Origin: Macrostomum hystrix
Taxonomy: Eukaryota > Animalia > Platyhelminthes
Assembly: GCA_950097015.1 (NCBI GenBank)
Contig: CATNEN010000041.1
Coordinates: forward strand, 1,364,001-1,428,000
Length of the DNA stretch: 64,000 nucleotides
Direction: 5' to 3'
Numbering within the stretch: position 1 is the first letter of the stretch; the number at the start of each line of letters is the position of its first letter. This document shows positions 63,855 through 64,000 of this stretch, in pieces. The position numbers and the translations under genes are program-made. The notes under the pieces are model-generated. The model was not told where the DNA came from and searched no databases. It saw only the letters and a program-made list of their open reading frames with translations.

Positions 63855-64000
63855 GATCCCAGTTCATTCTGATCCCAGGTAGACAGATCCCAGTTCATTC
63901 TGATCCCAGGTAGACAGATCCCAGTTCATTCTGATCCCATGTAGACAGATCCCAGTTTATTCTGATCCCAGGTAGACAGATCCCAGTTCATTCTGATCCC
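63855..64000. repeat. 31-bp minisatellite (gatcccagttcattctgatcccaggtagaca), continues beyond the window
   Basis: At least 4 copies are visible. Confidence 0.9.

Overview
This is eukaryotic genomic DNA: GC-rich exons, GT-AG introns, and AT-rich or minisatellite-filled introns and intergenic regions. The style resembles a free-living flatworm such as Macrostomum, but that is inference and was not tested. I reconstructed eight protein-coding loci by hand from splice signals and reading phase. (1) A minus-strand secreted signal peptide-WSC-giant Arg/Ile/Val protein that runs off the left edge; its main frame is absent from the ORF track. (2) ROGDI. (3) A divergent Delta-like C2-DSL-EGF membrane protein. 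(4) A divergent DDX3/PL10-type DEAD-box helicase whose last intron holds a 5'-truncated RNase H-bearing LINE with a 13-bp target-site duplication. (5) A plus-strand secreted protein of about 2,584 aa: signal peptide, WSC, giant Lys/Arg/Gly/Trp octapeptide arrays, WSC. (6) A Cys-rich DM9 protein. (7) An M13 neprilysin-like peptidase. (8) A ZNF608/609 (scribbler/brakeless) homolog. About 20 mini- or microsatellite arrays fill the rest. The most striking signal is the pair of apparently related secreted WSC-polycation giants (1 and 5). They share architecture, phase-1 exon layout, a similar signal-peptide exon end and short upstream motifs, yet use unrelated cationic repeats. No rRNA, tRNA or CRISPR features were seen.
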